From the IMG/VR virus record IMGVR_UViG_3300025030_000010, positions 11,382 through 75,381 of that record: a DNA stretch of 64,000 bases. One strand, written 5' to 3'. The translations under genes and the position numbers were made by a program. Below the pieces are notes generated by a model that saw nothing but the letters and a program-made list of their open reading frames with translations, did no database searches and was not told the origin of the DNA. Source of the DNA: a virus. Below are positions 48,728 to 57,829 of the stretch, one piece after another (the stretch's first letter is position 1; each line of letters begins with the position of its first letter).

Positions 48728-50484
48728 TGATTCCTCCGTTGTTCTCTCAATAGCGCCATTAGCATTTGATCTTTTGTTAACTCTCTGCCGTCCATGATTC
48801 GTTCAAGCGTTCTGTTCTTCAAGTCCAACACGTTTGCTCTGAACTCTTCGATAGTGTCATGAGCGATTAGATACCACGCTGTTGCTCCGTGTAAATCACC
48901 CGCTCTACCGTAACATCTATCCTCTGCTTGCTCATGATCTTTCCCTGACCACCACATCTCCAGAAAAACAACATGATAGGAAGCGGTCAGAGTCACACCC
49001 TCTTTTGCTGCGCTGCTGCCTATGAAGACTCGTTTCTTCATATCATAGACAAACGAGGCGCATGACTCCTTGCTCTTCTCGTGTCGCTCTTTTCTCACAC
49101 CGCAGTTAGCGCAGCGCTGAAAGGCGTCTATTGCAGCATTGCGTTTCTTCGGGTCTGTTACCGACCCGTCTATCTTGACAGCGATATCGCCAAACTCTTT
49201 CATGAGTCGGTCGATTACTTCTTTATGCTCTGCGAAGATAACAATCTTGTCCTCAGTATCGAGAAGATTCCATAGCCACTCTATTGCTGCGTCAATCTTC
49301 CCCTTTACAGCGAGCTTTGAAAGCTGTTCGATCTTCTGAAACGTCATTTCTCCTGTAGCGTCTCTCTTGTCGTATTCAGCGCGATTGTTTATCTCAAGCG
49401 GCACGACTGCTCGAACTTTGCGATCAAGCGTTTTAAAGACATCCTGCTTCTTTCTACGGAGCATTATCGAGCTAGTCAGAAGATTATAAAGCTCGTCTTC
49501 GTTGCTCGACCCGTTGAAGTTCCAGTTCCCAACAAAGTCTTTCTTGGCTCCGCAGTATCTGTGAGCGTACTTGAAGAAGCTCGGGAAGATTCGCTTATCA
49601 ACTAGATTCGCAAGAGTGAAAATCTCCTTCGGACGATTCTTACCCGGAGTCGCTGTAATCGGAATGACGTGCGGCGCTCTGTCGCAAAGCTGCTCGACTG
49701 CCCACCATCGTATCGATTCCTTGTTGCAGATATAATGCGCTTCGTCCAACACGATACATTTCCACTTTACGTCCCACAAGTCTTGACGAATCGTGTTCTC
49801 TTTGCCGTGTGTCAGAATGTCATAATTGATAATGACTATCTCGCCTGTTATTTTCACAGGCTTAGTGCCGCTGATTATCTGTACCTTCGGGGAGTCCATC
49901 CAGAACTCAGCTTCGAGCTTCCAGTTTAACTTCAACACAGCAGGGCAGATAATTAGGACGGGGCGCACGTCTTGACGCAGTTGTAGCCATGCCAAAACTT
50001 GCATTGTCTTGCCTAGACCCTGATCGTCTGCTAACAGAACTCGTCCGTTCTTCGCTTCAATGATCTGAGGACCTTCAATTTGGTATTGTTCGAAGTAATC
50101 GAAGTGTTGTATTCCGGGGATTTTGAAATGCGGATCGAATGTAACGGGGGCGAAGAGATTACTTTCCCAGTCCATTAAAGCGCGATCAAAGTTAAAGCCG
50201 CCTTCTCTCAGCTTGTTAATAGCATCGAGACTCACAGGGGCCGTCCAGTATTGGGTGCTGGTGCCTTTGACGAACTGGCGCTGCGTGATTCGTTTAATAA
50301 TCGCAACAGTTTCCATGTTCTTCAGAAAGCGGATTCGAATCGTCTCTCCCATGAGACTCGCGTGGCGGTCGTCATGAGAGAGTTCCGAGTTCTTCGGGTT
50401 GCGTATAACAGCGACTGGCTTCTTCTTGGTCGAAGTCTTCTTGTCTCTGCTATACAGTTGCTTTATGCGGTCAAGAGGATTCAA
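48724..50484 (-). CDS. SNF2-family (HARP-like) helicase
   Basis: LADDQGLGKT, DEAH, TATP, EGVTLT, QAEDRCYGR. Confidence 0.9.
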   Translation of the reverse strand: MNPLDRIKQLYSRDKKTSTKKKPVAVIRNPKNSELSHDDRHASLMGETIRIRFLKNMETVAIIKRITQRQFVKGTSTQYWTAPVSLDAINKLREGGFNFDRALMDWESNLFAPVTFDPHFKIPGIQHFDYFEQYQIEGPQIIEAKNGRVLLADDQGLGKTMQVLAWLQLRQDVRPVLIICPAVLKLNWKLEAEFWMDSPKVQIISGTKPVKITGEIVIINYDILTHGKENTIRQDLWDVKWKCIVLDEAHYICNKESIRWWAVEQLCDRAPHVIPITATPGKNRPKEIFTLANLVDKRIFPSFFKYAHRYCGAKKDFVGNWNFNGSSNEDELYNLLTSSIMLRRKKQDVFKTLDRKVRAVVPLEINNRAEYDKRDATGEMTFQKIEQLSKLAVKGKIDAAIEWLWNLLDTEDKIVIFAEHKEVIDRLMKEFGDIAVKIDGSVTDPKKRNAAIDAFQRCANCGVRKERHEKSKESCASFVYDMKKRVFIGSSAAKEGVTLTASYHVVFLEMWWSGKDHEQAEDRCYGRAGDLHGATAWYLIAHDTIEEFRANVLDLKNRTLERIMDGRELTKDQMLMALLREQRRNQ

Positions 50485-50756
50485 TCAGTACCCCTTTTCC
50501 GTGTAGTTGAGCCAGTTTGTGATTTGAACAGTTGTTGTCGGCAGACCTTTAATGCGTCTACGAATCGCAACGAGCAGAGGCTTTTTGTGCATCAAGTTTC
50601 GGCTCGTCTTCAATCTTTCGAGAGTGAGTGTCGGCATGATTGCGATGAATGTTTGTTTGCAGGCGATACAGTCGAGCTTAACGTCTACGACTATTTCGTG
50701 GGGAGCGTTGCAGTGAGGGCAAAAACAGATATGCGGCATGTGATTCTCCCTTATGT

Positions 50757-51368
50757 TTAGAAATCGTATTGACTTCTCCAACTACTTGCCTTCATTTGCT
50801 CTTTTCTTATCGCTGATATTTTACGCTTTGTTTCTTCGGTGAGACTTTTACCGAAATTGTGATTCTTCTCTCCGCGCTTTGCTGCCGCTTGCTTCTCTCT
50901 CGTCTCTTTGTTCTGAGCTTGAACTTTCACTCGCTCGCTCAATTCTTTTCTATATTGCGGCGAGTCATGAACAATTTTCATCTTCTTTCGGAACTCTTCA
51001 CTTTCCCAAAGTCGCTTCTTACTAACACTCATTTTCGATTTAATCTCAGCAGTCAGAGAGAACCCGTAACCGCCGTCAATCATGTTCGTGAGATTTGCTC
51101 CGAGTGATTTGAAATAATCGATCCACCATGATTCCGATTCTTGCCATTGTGAATCACGGACTCGCTCAAGAATTATCAACTCTGGAATCAGCTTCAATCT
51201 TTTCAGCGAGCGTAACCAACAATGTTTGTGTGAGCGACCGCGATGCTTTAAATGTTGCTTGAATCGAATGTGGGGAGAGTCTGCTTTGCCGATGTAGCGG
51301 AGTTGATTTGTGCGTGGGTCGATCAGCCCATAAATGTGAGTGTATTTGATTGCTCGTATAGTTCGCAT
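50757..51368 (-). CDS. GIY-YIG homing endonuclease with NUMOD3-like tail
   Basis: IYGL...YIGK...R.KQH...E..WI...LTNMIDGG; EETKRKIS repeats. Confidence 0.85.
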   Translation of the reverse strand: MRTIRAIKYTHIYGLIDPRTNQLRYIGKADSPHIRFKQHLKHRGRSHKHCWLRSLKRLKLIPELIILERVRDSQWQESESWWIDYFKSLGANLTNMIDGGYGFSLTAEIKSKMSVSKKRLWESEEFRKKMKIVHDSPQYRKELSERVKVQAQNKETREKQAAAKRGEKNHNFGKSLTEETKRKISAIRKEQMKASSWRSQYDF

Positions 51369-51431
51369 TTATTGTGTCCTGATCTTATCGCGTTGCGGTC
51401 GGAGGTGCTCCGTTCTAATGAATGAGATGCG

Positions 51432-51461
51432 ACTATAGCGACTCTGACTATAAGAAGTCAA
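51432..51461 (-). promoter_or_regulatory. Sigma70-type promoter
   Basis: TTGACT-18 nt-TATAGT. Confidence 0.6.
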
Positions 51462-51517
51462 GCAGAAAGCGATTCCAAGCGGGTTCCTGCTCGTGGAATC
51501 GCTAATGAAGCTCTTTC

Positions 51518-52087
51518 TCAGTTAGTTGATTCCGCTCTGTTAGCTTTGGCGATTCGATACACAGACGCGATTCCGATTCCGAGCGCGTCTGCCACATGCT
51601 GCTTTGTCTTCCCTTTACTCAGCAGCTCAAGCACTTCTTTAGTTTTAGCGATAGCAGTTGGCTGTCTGCCTTTGTAAGCACCCGCTGCCTTAGCTATCGC
51701 TATACCGGCTGCTTGACGCTCAAGCATCATTTCTCGCTCGAACGTTGCAATGGCTCCCAGCATGGTGAGCATTAGCTTCCCCGTGGGCGTTGTCGTATCG
51801 AGATTGATATTTAGTACCTTGAATTCAACGCCCTTTTTCTGTAGCGCGTCAACGATGTTTAAAAGGTCTTGAGTGCTGCGGGCGATACGGTCAATCTTAC
51901 AGACCACGAGAACGTCACCCTCTCGAACATAGTCGAGCATAGCCACAAGCTGCGGCCTGTCTTTGCTGTTCTTCGCGCTCGCTTTCTCTTGATAGAGCTT
52001 ATCCACTTTCTCTCGTTTCAGCTCTGACAGTTGAGCCTCTAACGATTGGCCAGTGGTCGAGACTCTCGCGTATCCGATTTTAGCCAT
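51518..52087 (-). CDS. Small serine recombinase (resolvase/invertase)
   Basis: GYARVST, DRPQL, REGD, IDRIARS, AIATFERE, C-terminal HTH. Confidence 0.93.
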   Translation of the reverse strand: MAKIGYARVSTTGQSLEAQLSELKREKVDKLYQEKASAKNSKDRPQLVAMLDYVREGDVLVVCKIDRIARSTQDLLNIVDALQKKGVEFKVLNINLDTTTPTGKLMLTMLGAIATFEREMMLERQAAGIAIAKAAGAYKGRQPTAIAKTKEVLELLSKGKTKQHVADALGIGIASVYRIAKANRAESTN

Positions 52088-52228
52088 TGCTCTTCTCCTT
52101 CTGTCGCTCTATTTCCTTTCTCAGCTCGGCATTTGTTTCTTCGAGCGCTTTGTTTTGCTCCTGAAGAGCTTTGACCATTCTGCGGATAGTTGTGTTGATA
52201 TTCTCTCTGCGCGCCATGTCGGCACCTC

Positions 52229-52429
52229 CTATTTGACTGCTCCGATTCGATATGTCAGACGCTTGTAAACCCATTCCGAAACGACTTCGGCAGCGTGTAT
52301 AGCGTCAAGACTATACTCGTTGATCAGCTCGATTATTGACGGGTTGACGTTCCAGATTTCTCTCTCGTGGTATCTCTGCTCAATACCTTTAATGCGCGTT
52401 GCAATCGTTTTTCTTTCTGCCGCTGCCAT
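52229..52429 (-). CDS. Hypothetical protein
   Basis: AAGGAG RBS after hairpin element. Confidence 0.5.
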   Translation of the reverse strand: MAAAERKTIATRIKGIEQRYHEREIWNVNPSIIELINEYSLDAIHAAEVVSEWVYKRLTYRIGAVK

Positions 52430-52453
52430 GTCGCTTTCTCCTTTGCTTCGTGT

Positions 52454-52517
52454 TTGACTGCTCAAGAAAGCTTTCCAGACGGCTGAGGATTGTCTGGAAA
52501 GCTCGATCAGAAGTCAA
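52454..52517. repeat. Intergenic hairpin element, copy 10
   Basis: TTGACTGCTCAA-stem/loop-CGATCAG-AAG-TCAA. Confidence 0.9.
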
Positions 52518-52534
52518 CGCTTGTGCTGATATGC

Positions 52535-52714
52535 TTAGAGATTGAAAGCAACGTTGAACGGAATCTCCAGTTTCTCTTCGGGTATGCAATATACCCACGC
52601 TTTCATTTCCGCTTTGTCGAATTCGAGCGTCACCGGCAATTCTGGGTTGAAATCTTTGTTGAGTCGTTTGTTTAATTTTTTTATTTGTCTTGGTGAGAGC
52701 GAATAAGTTTCCAC
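52535..52714 (-). CDS. 59-aa hypothetical protein (not in ORF track)
   Basis: AAGGAG RBS, GTG start, METYSLSPRQ... Confidence 0.5.
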   Translation of the reverse strand: METYSLSPRQIKKLNKRLNKDFNPELPVTLEFDKAEMKAWVYCIPEEKLEIPFNVAFNL

Positions 52715-52763
52715 GATGCTTCTCCTTTTGCTCGCTTTACCCGGCGAGCTTCGGGATTGTCAG

Positions 52764-54062
52764 TTAGTCGAACTGTGCCACTATGAGTTCACCAAACGGT
52801 GGCTCTTCCGCTCTATCCCCGAAAGTCTGAACCCAAAGAACGGGAAAGTCCGGCTCGGGTCCGAAGTCAGAGCATTCCATGTCTGTTAGATAGATTAAGC
52901 AAACGGGACGCTCTTCTTGCGCCATTGCTGCTGCGATAGCGGGAGAGAATCGAGTTCCTCCACCCCCTCTTGCGTTCAAGGTGACGGGGCGGTTCTCTTG
53001 TGTGAACTCTTCAGAGTGTCGGACTTGCGTATCAGCATAAGAGACGCGCAGAGTCGTGGGGTACTGTGATAAAATATCGTCACACTCACTGGCGAACTGC
53101 CTCAGCTCTTCCTCACCAACGGAGCAGCTCGTGTCGATTACAAGATCGATCGGCGGCAGCTCTTGATTGTAAAGCGAGGGGAGAACGATACCCGTGTGGA
53201 TATAGCGCGGGTTGGCTCTGCGCCATGTGTAATCGTTTCTCGACACTTGATCCACGAAGCGGCGCAGCGCTTCTCTCCAGTTTACTTTCGGCTCGTTCAA
53301 CTTTTTAATCAGTCGCTCGATTGAACCCGGCAGATTGCCTCTGCTCTTCGCTTGCGTTGCCGCTTGCGTTGCTGCTATCTGCCACTCTTGCTCCTGCTGA
53401 ATCATTTCTGACTCTGTCGCTCCTACTGTCGGATCTTCTCCGGGGTAATCTCTGACTTCGCCGCACCCGCTGCCGCTTCCCTTCTTAGGTTGTGCGTTCG
53501 GGTCTTGCGGCGCGTTCGGGTCTGGCTGCCCGTTCTGACTCGGCGGAGCGTTCGGGTCAGGTGGTGAGTTAGGGTCTGGCTGCGGCTGCTGCTGTGACGG
53601 ATCGTTGCCGTTCTTCTGTTGCTGATCTGCTGCGTCCTGCTGCTCTTGTTTGCGCTTGCCGTAAAGCTCGGAGAAAATCTTATCGGCGTGCATTCCCTTG
53701 TATTTATCATCGAGCAGTCCGTCCGTTGTCGGCATCTTCAGTCCGGAGTCAACGAGAATCTGATTAATTGCATAATCCGCCGCATCGTTCCAGATTTCAG
53801 AATCGCGATTGCCGCGTCTTGCGTGATGCGCTAACGCAAGATGTAAGACTTCGTGGCCCCATAGTCCTTTCGTTTCGTCAAGGTTCAGAGTGTCGATAAA
53901 GTCGGGATTGTAGCCGAACGATACCCCGTCAACCCACGCTGTTTTGCAGCTCTTGTCCTCGATAACGTTCAAGCGAAGAGCAAGAGAGCCAAAAAAGAAG
54001 TGGTCGAGCACGAGAGCTGTCCGCGCTTTGCGTACCTTGGTTACTGCGTTCATGACATCCAT
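52764..54062 (-). CDS. Metallopeptidase-like + vWA domain protein (DUF2201-like)
   Basis: TAWVDG, HEVLH, N.AADYAIN, Gln/Pro linker, DTSCS, GGGGT, LTD. Confidence 0.85.
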   Translation of the reverse strand: MDVMNAVTKVRKARTALVLDHFFFGSLALRLNVIEDKSCKTAWVDGVSFGYNPDFIDTLNLDETKGLWGHEVLHLALAHHARRGNRDSEIWNDAADYAINQILVDSGLKMPTTDGLLDDKYKGMHADKIFSELYGKRKQEQQDAADQQQKNGNDPSQQQPQPDPNSPPDPNAPPSQNGQPDPNAPQDPNAQPKKGSGSGCGEVRDYPGEDPTVGATESEMIQQEQEWQIAATQAATQAKSRGNLPGSIERLIKKLNEPKVNWREALRRFVDQVSRNDYTWRRANPRYIHTGIVLPSLYNQELPPIDLVIDTSCSVGEEELRQFASECDDILSQYPTTLRVSYADTQVRHSEEFTQENRPVTLNARGGGGTRFSPAIAAAMAQEERPVCLIYLTDMECSDFGPEPDFPVLWVQTFGDRAEEPPFGELIVAQFD

Positions 54063-54142
54063 TTTAGCCTCCGAGTTGCATTAATTTTCCGAGTAGAACA
54101 ACAGCGACAGCGAAGAGAACAAAAAACAAAAGCGCTTTCATG

Positions 54143-55081
54143 TTAGCCACCCATGTATGCGCTCATGGCGTCTAATATCGCTTGCGCATCATCCGCGACC
54201 ACTTTTCGGACGTTGATATCTTTCCGAAGCTCGACTGGCTCCGTGTGGCACAATTTCGCTTCCACTATCTTGCGCAGCTCCTCAAGTGCCGGGTCGTTTG
54301 CAATGTTGAGCTTAGGCAACAGCTCCGTTATTTCAACGATGTTACCAATGAGCGTATCGTGGAAGATTGCTTTGGGGTCCTTCAGAGAGTCGGCAGCTTT
54401 CGAAACGACTTTATAAAGCCGCTCGTAAAGATCAGCCATTGCTGTGTTGACTCTCTGCTCCGCTCTCTCAGTAATCGAGCGTTGAATCTGTTCTACTTCG
54501 TCCCCTTGCAACATGACTCTGAAGTCCTCAGCAGCGGGGAGCGGAGACACGTCAAAGTTGAAGGCGTACTTTCTGCGGATTTGAGCTGCGCTGGGGTAAT
54601 CGTCTGGGTTAAACAGTCCGGCGAGCATGTCGCGGGCTTGCTCGATCAGCGCGGGGTAATTCGCTTCGAAGTCGTCCACGGCGTTGTTAAACAGGTTCCG
54701 GAGTCTTCTCATTTCATCGGTGAATTCCATGTAGCTCGTTGCGGGGAGCATTCTGTTTCCGTCGTCTGTCCAAGGCAGCGTGTTCGAGTAATAAAACGTT
54801 CTCGCTGCTGTCACAGTCGAGGCGATTTTCTTTAATGCGTCTTGCGCTATCAGGAGCTTATTGTAACGGCCCGTTGCTGCTGCGTTGCCGAAGTCTTCGG
54901 CGACTCGCTTCGTTGCTGCCGTGTCGTGCTTTCGTGCTGTCCACTGACTGATAGAAAGGTTGATCAGCATGGCTTTTTGCGTCAAGCTCTTGCCGTCAAT
55001 GTTGCTCCCTTTCGGCGGTAAGTTCTTCAGTGCGTTTCTCGTGGTGACGTTCTCGATTTTGACTCCCTTGGTTCTTGCCAT
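54143..55081 (-). CDS. Helical protein typical of AAA/vWA phage modules (DUF3150-like)
   Basis: TLPW.D.G.R.LP and LFNPDDYP motifs; between AAA and vWA genes. Confidence 0.6.
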   Translation of the reverse strand: MARTKGVKIENVTTRNALKNLPPKGSNIDGKSLTQKAMLINLSISQWTARKHDTAATKRVAEDFGNAAATGRYNKLLIAQDALKKIASTVTAARTFYYSNTLPWTDDGNRMLPATSYMEFTDEMRRLRNLFNNAVDDFEANYPALIEQARDMLAGLFNPDDYPSAAQIRRKYAFNFDVSPLPAAEDFRVMLQGDEVEQIQRSITERAEQRVNTAMADLYERLYKVVSKAADSLKDPKAIFHDTLIGNIVEITELLPKLNIANDPALEELRKIVEAKLCHTEPVELRKDINVRKVVADDAQAILDAMSAYMGG

Positions 55082-55105
55082 GTCGTTTCTCCTTTTGTTG
55101 CTGTG

Positions 55106-55171
55106 TTTGACTGCTCAAACGAGACGCTGGAGACGGCAAATATTGTCTCCAGCGCTCTATCAGCTTTCAAA
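55106..55171. repeat. Intergenic hairpin element, copy 9
   Basis: TTTGACTGCTCAA-stem/loop-CTATCAG-CTT-TCAAA. Confidence 0.9.
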
Positions 55172-55176
55172 CGTTA

Positions 55177-56172
55177 TCACACCATGACATCGGCGTTTCG
55201 TGCTGTCCATTCAATAAATGCTTTCGTCACACACACGGACTGATTAGTGCGGCAAGAGTCGCGCACTAGCAGAACGTTGAACTCTGCGGGAAGTCGATCA
55301 GCGAAGCGGAGCAGACGTTCAAAGTTATTCTCTGTTGCTTTGCGTGAAAGCGCACCGCAGAGAGCATACAGGACGGCGGGGTTTGTCGGAACGTCAACTT
55401 TGTCTGGGTCGAGCAAGATCATGTCCGGGTTAGGCAGCTCTCTGAAGATTTTAAGAAAACCCATGAACTCTGCGGCGAACGCTTCCCCGACTGCTCCGGT
55501 GTAAACGTCAAGCTCGACTGCTGCGGGCAACTTCATGTCGAGCAGTGCGCCCAGATTCGTTACAGTTCGAGGGCTGGGGCTGTTCACAAGATCAGCACTG
55601 GCAACAAACTTGTGGAGCATTTCGGGGCGGTATTTGATGTAATAAACGACAGGAATCGGGACCCCGTTATTCAACGCCCAAGTGCACCAGTCGTCCGTGT
55701 CAACGTCAAGCTGGACGATTGTAGCGAAACGACTTTTGATGGGTTCGAGCAGACCAGAAACGCCGGCTCTGTCTTCGCGTCTGTTCGTTGCTGCTACAAA
55801 TGTCACCATATCGCTGATCTTGTGTCCGTTGATTTCACGAGCTAACAAGAGTTGCATTGCCGCAGCTTGCACGCTCATAGGCGCTTGCCCCAAGTCGTCA
55901 AAGAAGCCGATTGTTGGCGTTGTCGCGTCAAGCAACTTTCTCAATTCGCCGTAGGGGAGGAACTCTGCTGCGCCGTTGACGATACCCGGCAGACCCTTAA
56001 AGTCTGTCGGATCGGAAACAACGGGGTGAAAGATTACAAGCTCGGCACCCGCTGCTGCTGCTGCGCTTGCTACTATGTCAGACTTCCCAACGCCCGGGGC
56101 CCCTTTGATCAGTATGGGTCGGCGTGCTGCGATACATGCGGACAATACAGTGGTCAGACTCGATGCTTTCAT
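55177..56172 (-). CDS. MoxR-like AAA+ ATPase
   Basis: GAPGVGKS, FFDDL, AATN, SRF, SPRT. Confidence 0.88.
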   Translation of the reverse strand: MKASSLTTVLSACIAARRPILIKGAPGVGKSDIVASAAAAAGAELVIFHPVVSDPTDFKGLPGIVNGAAEFLPYGELRKLLDATTPTIGFFDDLGQAPMSVQAAAMQLLLAREINGHKISDMVTFVAATNRREDRAGVSGLLEPIKSRFATIVQLDVDTDDWCTWALNNGVPIPVVYYIKYRPEMLHKFVASADLVNSPSPRTVTNLGALLDMKLPAAVELDVYTGAVGEAFAAEFMGFLKIFRELPNPDMILLDPDKVDVPTNPAVLYALCGALSRKATENNFERLLRFADRLPAEFNVLLVRDSCRTNQSVCVTKAFIEWTARNADVMV

Positions 56173-56191
56173 GTTGTTTCTCCTGTGTTCG

Positions 56192-56290
56192 TTAGTTGTC
56201 GGAATGCTTCGTGTGAACGTGCTTTAAAAGTGTGAACATGCGGCGACAGGGCTTGCCGCAGTGTGAACAGTAATAGATTGGACGCTTCAT
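56192..56290 (-). CDS. 32-aa C2H2 zinc-finger micro-protein (not in ORF track)
   Basis: MKRPIYYCSHCGKPCRRMFTLLKHVHTKHSDN; ATGA overlap with upstream gene. Confidence 0.6.
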   Translation of the reverse strand: MKRPIYYCSHCGKPCRRMFTLLKHVHTKHSDN

Positions 56291-56637
56291 TGTTTCGAAT
56301 CGTTGCAGAAGTGGTCGCCCGCTTCGCTGTGTAGCATTGACATTCCGCAGCGTGGGCAGATTGTCGTGTATGCGTCTGAGGACGGCCAGTTTGTGAGCTT
56401 CATTTTTTCAGTATGATCGACAAAGACAACGCGCTTCCCGTCTGCTTCGTCAAGAAAGCGTTTAATCAGCTTTCCCTGATAGCGAAAGCAAGCAACGACA
56501 AAATTCCCGAACTGCTCATAGAATTCAATCGTCCTCAGCTTGCAATAACGTTCTGCACCGTGAAAGACCAGAACTTTCTCTCGGGGTGAAACTACCCAGC
56601 GGCTCCCGCTGTTGTTCAGATAAAGCGTTTGACTCAT
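56287..56637 (-). CDS. Hypothetical protein with C-terminal zinc ribbon
   Basis: AAGGAG RBS after hairpin; CPRCG...C. Confidence 0.6.
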   Translation of the reverse strand: MSQTLYLNNSGSRWVVSPREKVLVFHGAERYCKLRTIEFYEQFGNFVVACFRYQGKLIKRFLDEADGKRVVFVDHTEKMKLTNWPSSDAYTTICPRCGMSMLHSEAGDHFCNDSKQ

Positions 56638-56659
56638 GACTTTCTCCTTTGCTCGTTGT

Positions 56660-56725
56660 TTGACTGCTCAAGAAAGCGCTACAGAAGACGGCAGGAATCG
56701 TCTGTAGCGCTCGATCAGAAGTCAA
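56660..56725. repeat. Intergenic hairpin element, copy 8
   Basis: Same conserved ends, different stem. Confidence 0.9.
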
Positions 56726-56774
56726 TACAGTATGTGGTGAACGTTCATGCCGCAGCGCTCAATGTCGAGATTAA

Positions 56775-56993
56775 TTAGTCGTGTCCTTCAAAGTCAAAAT
56801 AAGCCTGAAGTCCGAGAGCGGCGAGCGCTTTGGCTGCGATGTCGAGAAGATGATCCTTGCATACCTTGATTTCACTCCCGCATGTCGGGCAATTATCGCT
56901 TGTGATAATGTGAGTTGCGGGCTTTTTGCAATAATCGCAGTCAAGCCCGTGTGCTGCGTCTTTACTATCTATCTCTCTAATCGTCTCTTTCAT
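56775..56993 (-). CDS. Small Cys/His-rich protein
   Basis: CDYC...CPTC...CKDH; GAGGAG RBS. Confidence 0.6.
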   Translation of the reverse strand: MKETIREIDSKDAAHGLDCDYCKKPATHIITSDNCPTCGSEIKVCKDHLLDIAAKALAALGLQAYFDFEGHD

Positions 56994-57016
56994 TCTGTTT
57001 CTCCTCGTTGCTGTAT

Positions 57017-57076
57017 TTGACTGCTCAAGCGAAGCGCTACAGCGGTGCTTTGCTGTAGCGTTCTATCAGCGGTCAA
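57017..57076. repeat. Intergenic hairpin element, copy 7
   Basis: Same conserved ends, different stem. Confidence 0.9.
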
Positions 57077-57079
57077 GCG

Positions 57080-57829
57080 CTATGCTTCTTTGCGATGATA
57101 CACTTTCTGCCCTGCTGCGTTCTTCTCGACAGTCAGAACGCCGAAGCTGATCAGTGCGTGTAGGATGCTGCGGGTAATGTTACCCGTTTTGGGGTTTGAC
57201 TCGCCGCCCTTTGCAACATGAAGATCATCCGATTTCTGTTGAATGTCTTTGAAGCTGATACCCTTTTTCCCGATCTTCAGCAGCACGTCCGTGATAGCCA
57301 TGTATCTCGAATAGCTGGGCGGGGCGGCGACTTTCGCGGGCTTTGCTGCTTTGTCTGCTTTCAGCTCGCTGGTGCTCTTCGCTTTCTTCGCGGGCTTCGT
57401 TGCTTTCGGGGACTCAGGGTTGACGGGGACAACGAAGCCGAGCAGCTCAAGCGTTGCTTTCGTTGCGTCTGTAATCTGCTCCTCTGCTTTCTTCGTCCCG
57501 TTGAAGTCGCTGAAGTCGAGGTCCGCGCTGTTCTTCATGATATCGCGGGCGATTGCTTTCTCGTTGATCTTAACGTTGATAGCGGGCTTGAGTCCCATTT
57601 TTTCGTTCATGTCAGAAGCTGCGGCGATCAGCGTGTCTCGTGTGAGCGCTGCGGGCGCTGCGGGTTCTTCTTTCTTCGCTGCGGGCGTCTTCGCTGCTTT
57701 CGCTGCTTTCTCGGGTTTGACGGGAGCAGCTTTCGCGGGAGTCGCTGCTGCTTTCTCTGTTGCGGGTTTAACTGCTTTCGAGGACTTCGCGGGCTTCGCT
57801 GCTGCTGTTGCTTTCGTCTCGGTGTTCAT
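57080..57829 (-). CDS. Basic Ala/Lys/Pro-rich protein with winged-helix-like C-terminus (paralogue of 38607-39449)
   Basis: AAGGAG RBS before MNTETK; frame stays open upstream. Confidence 0.7.
   Translation of the reverse strand: MNTETKATAAAKPAKSSKAVKPATEKAAATPAKAAPVKPEKAAKAAKTPAAKKEEPAAPAALTRDTLIAAASDMNEKMGLKPAINVKINEKAIARDIMKNSADLDFSDFNGTKKAEEQITDATKATLELLGFVVPVNPESPKATKPAKKAKSTSELKADKAAKPAKVAAPPSYSRYMAITDVLLKIGKKGISFKDIQQKSDDLHVAKGGESNPKTGNITRSILHALISFGVLTVEKNAAGQKVYHRKEA

Noticed and set aside
56211-56268. GTGTGAAC x3 as an operator
   Set aside because: Lies inside the C2H2 micro-ORF; coding is the simpler explanation.
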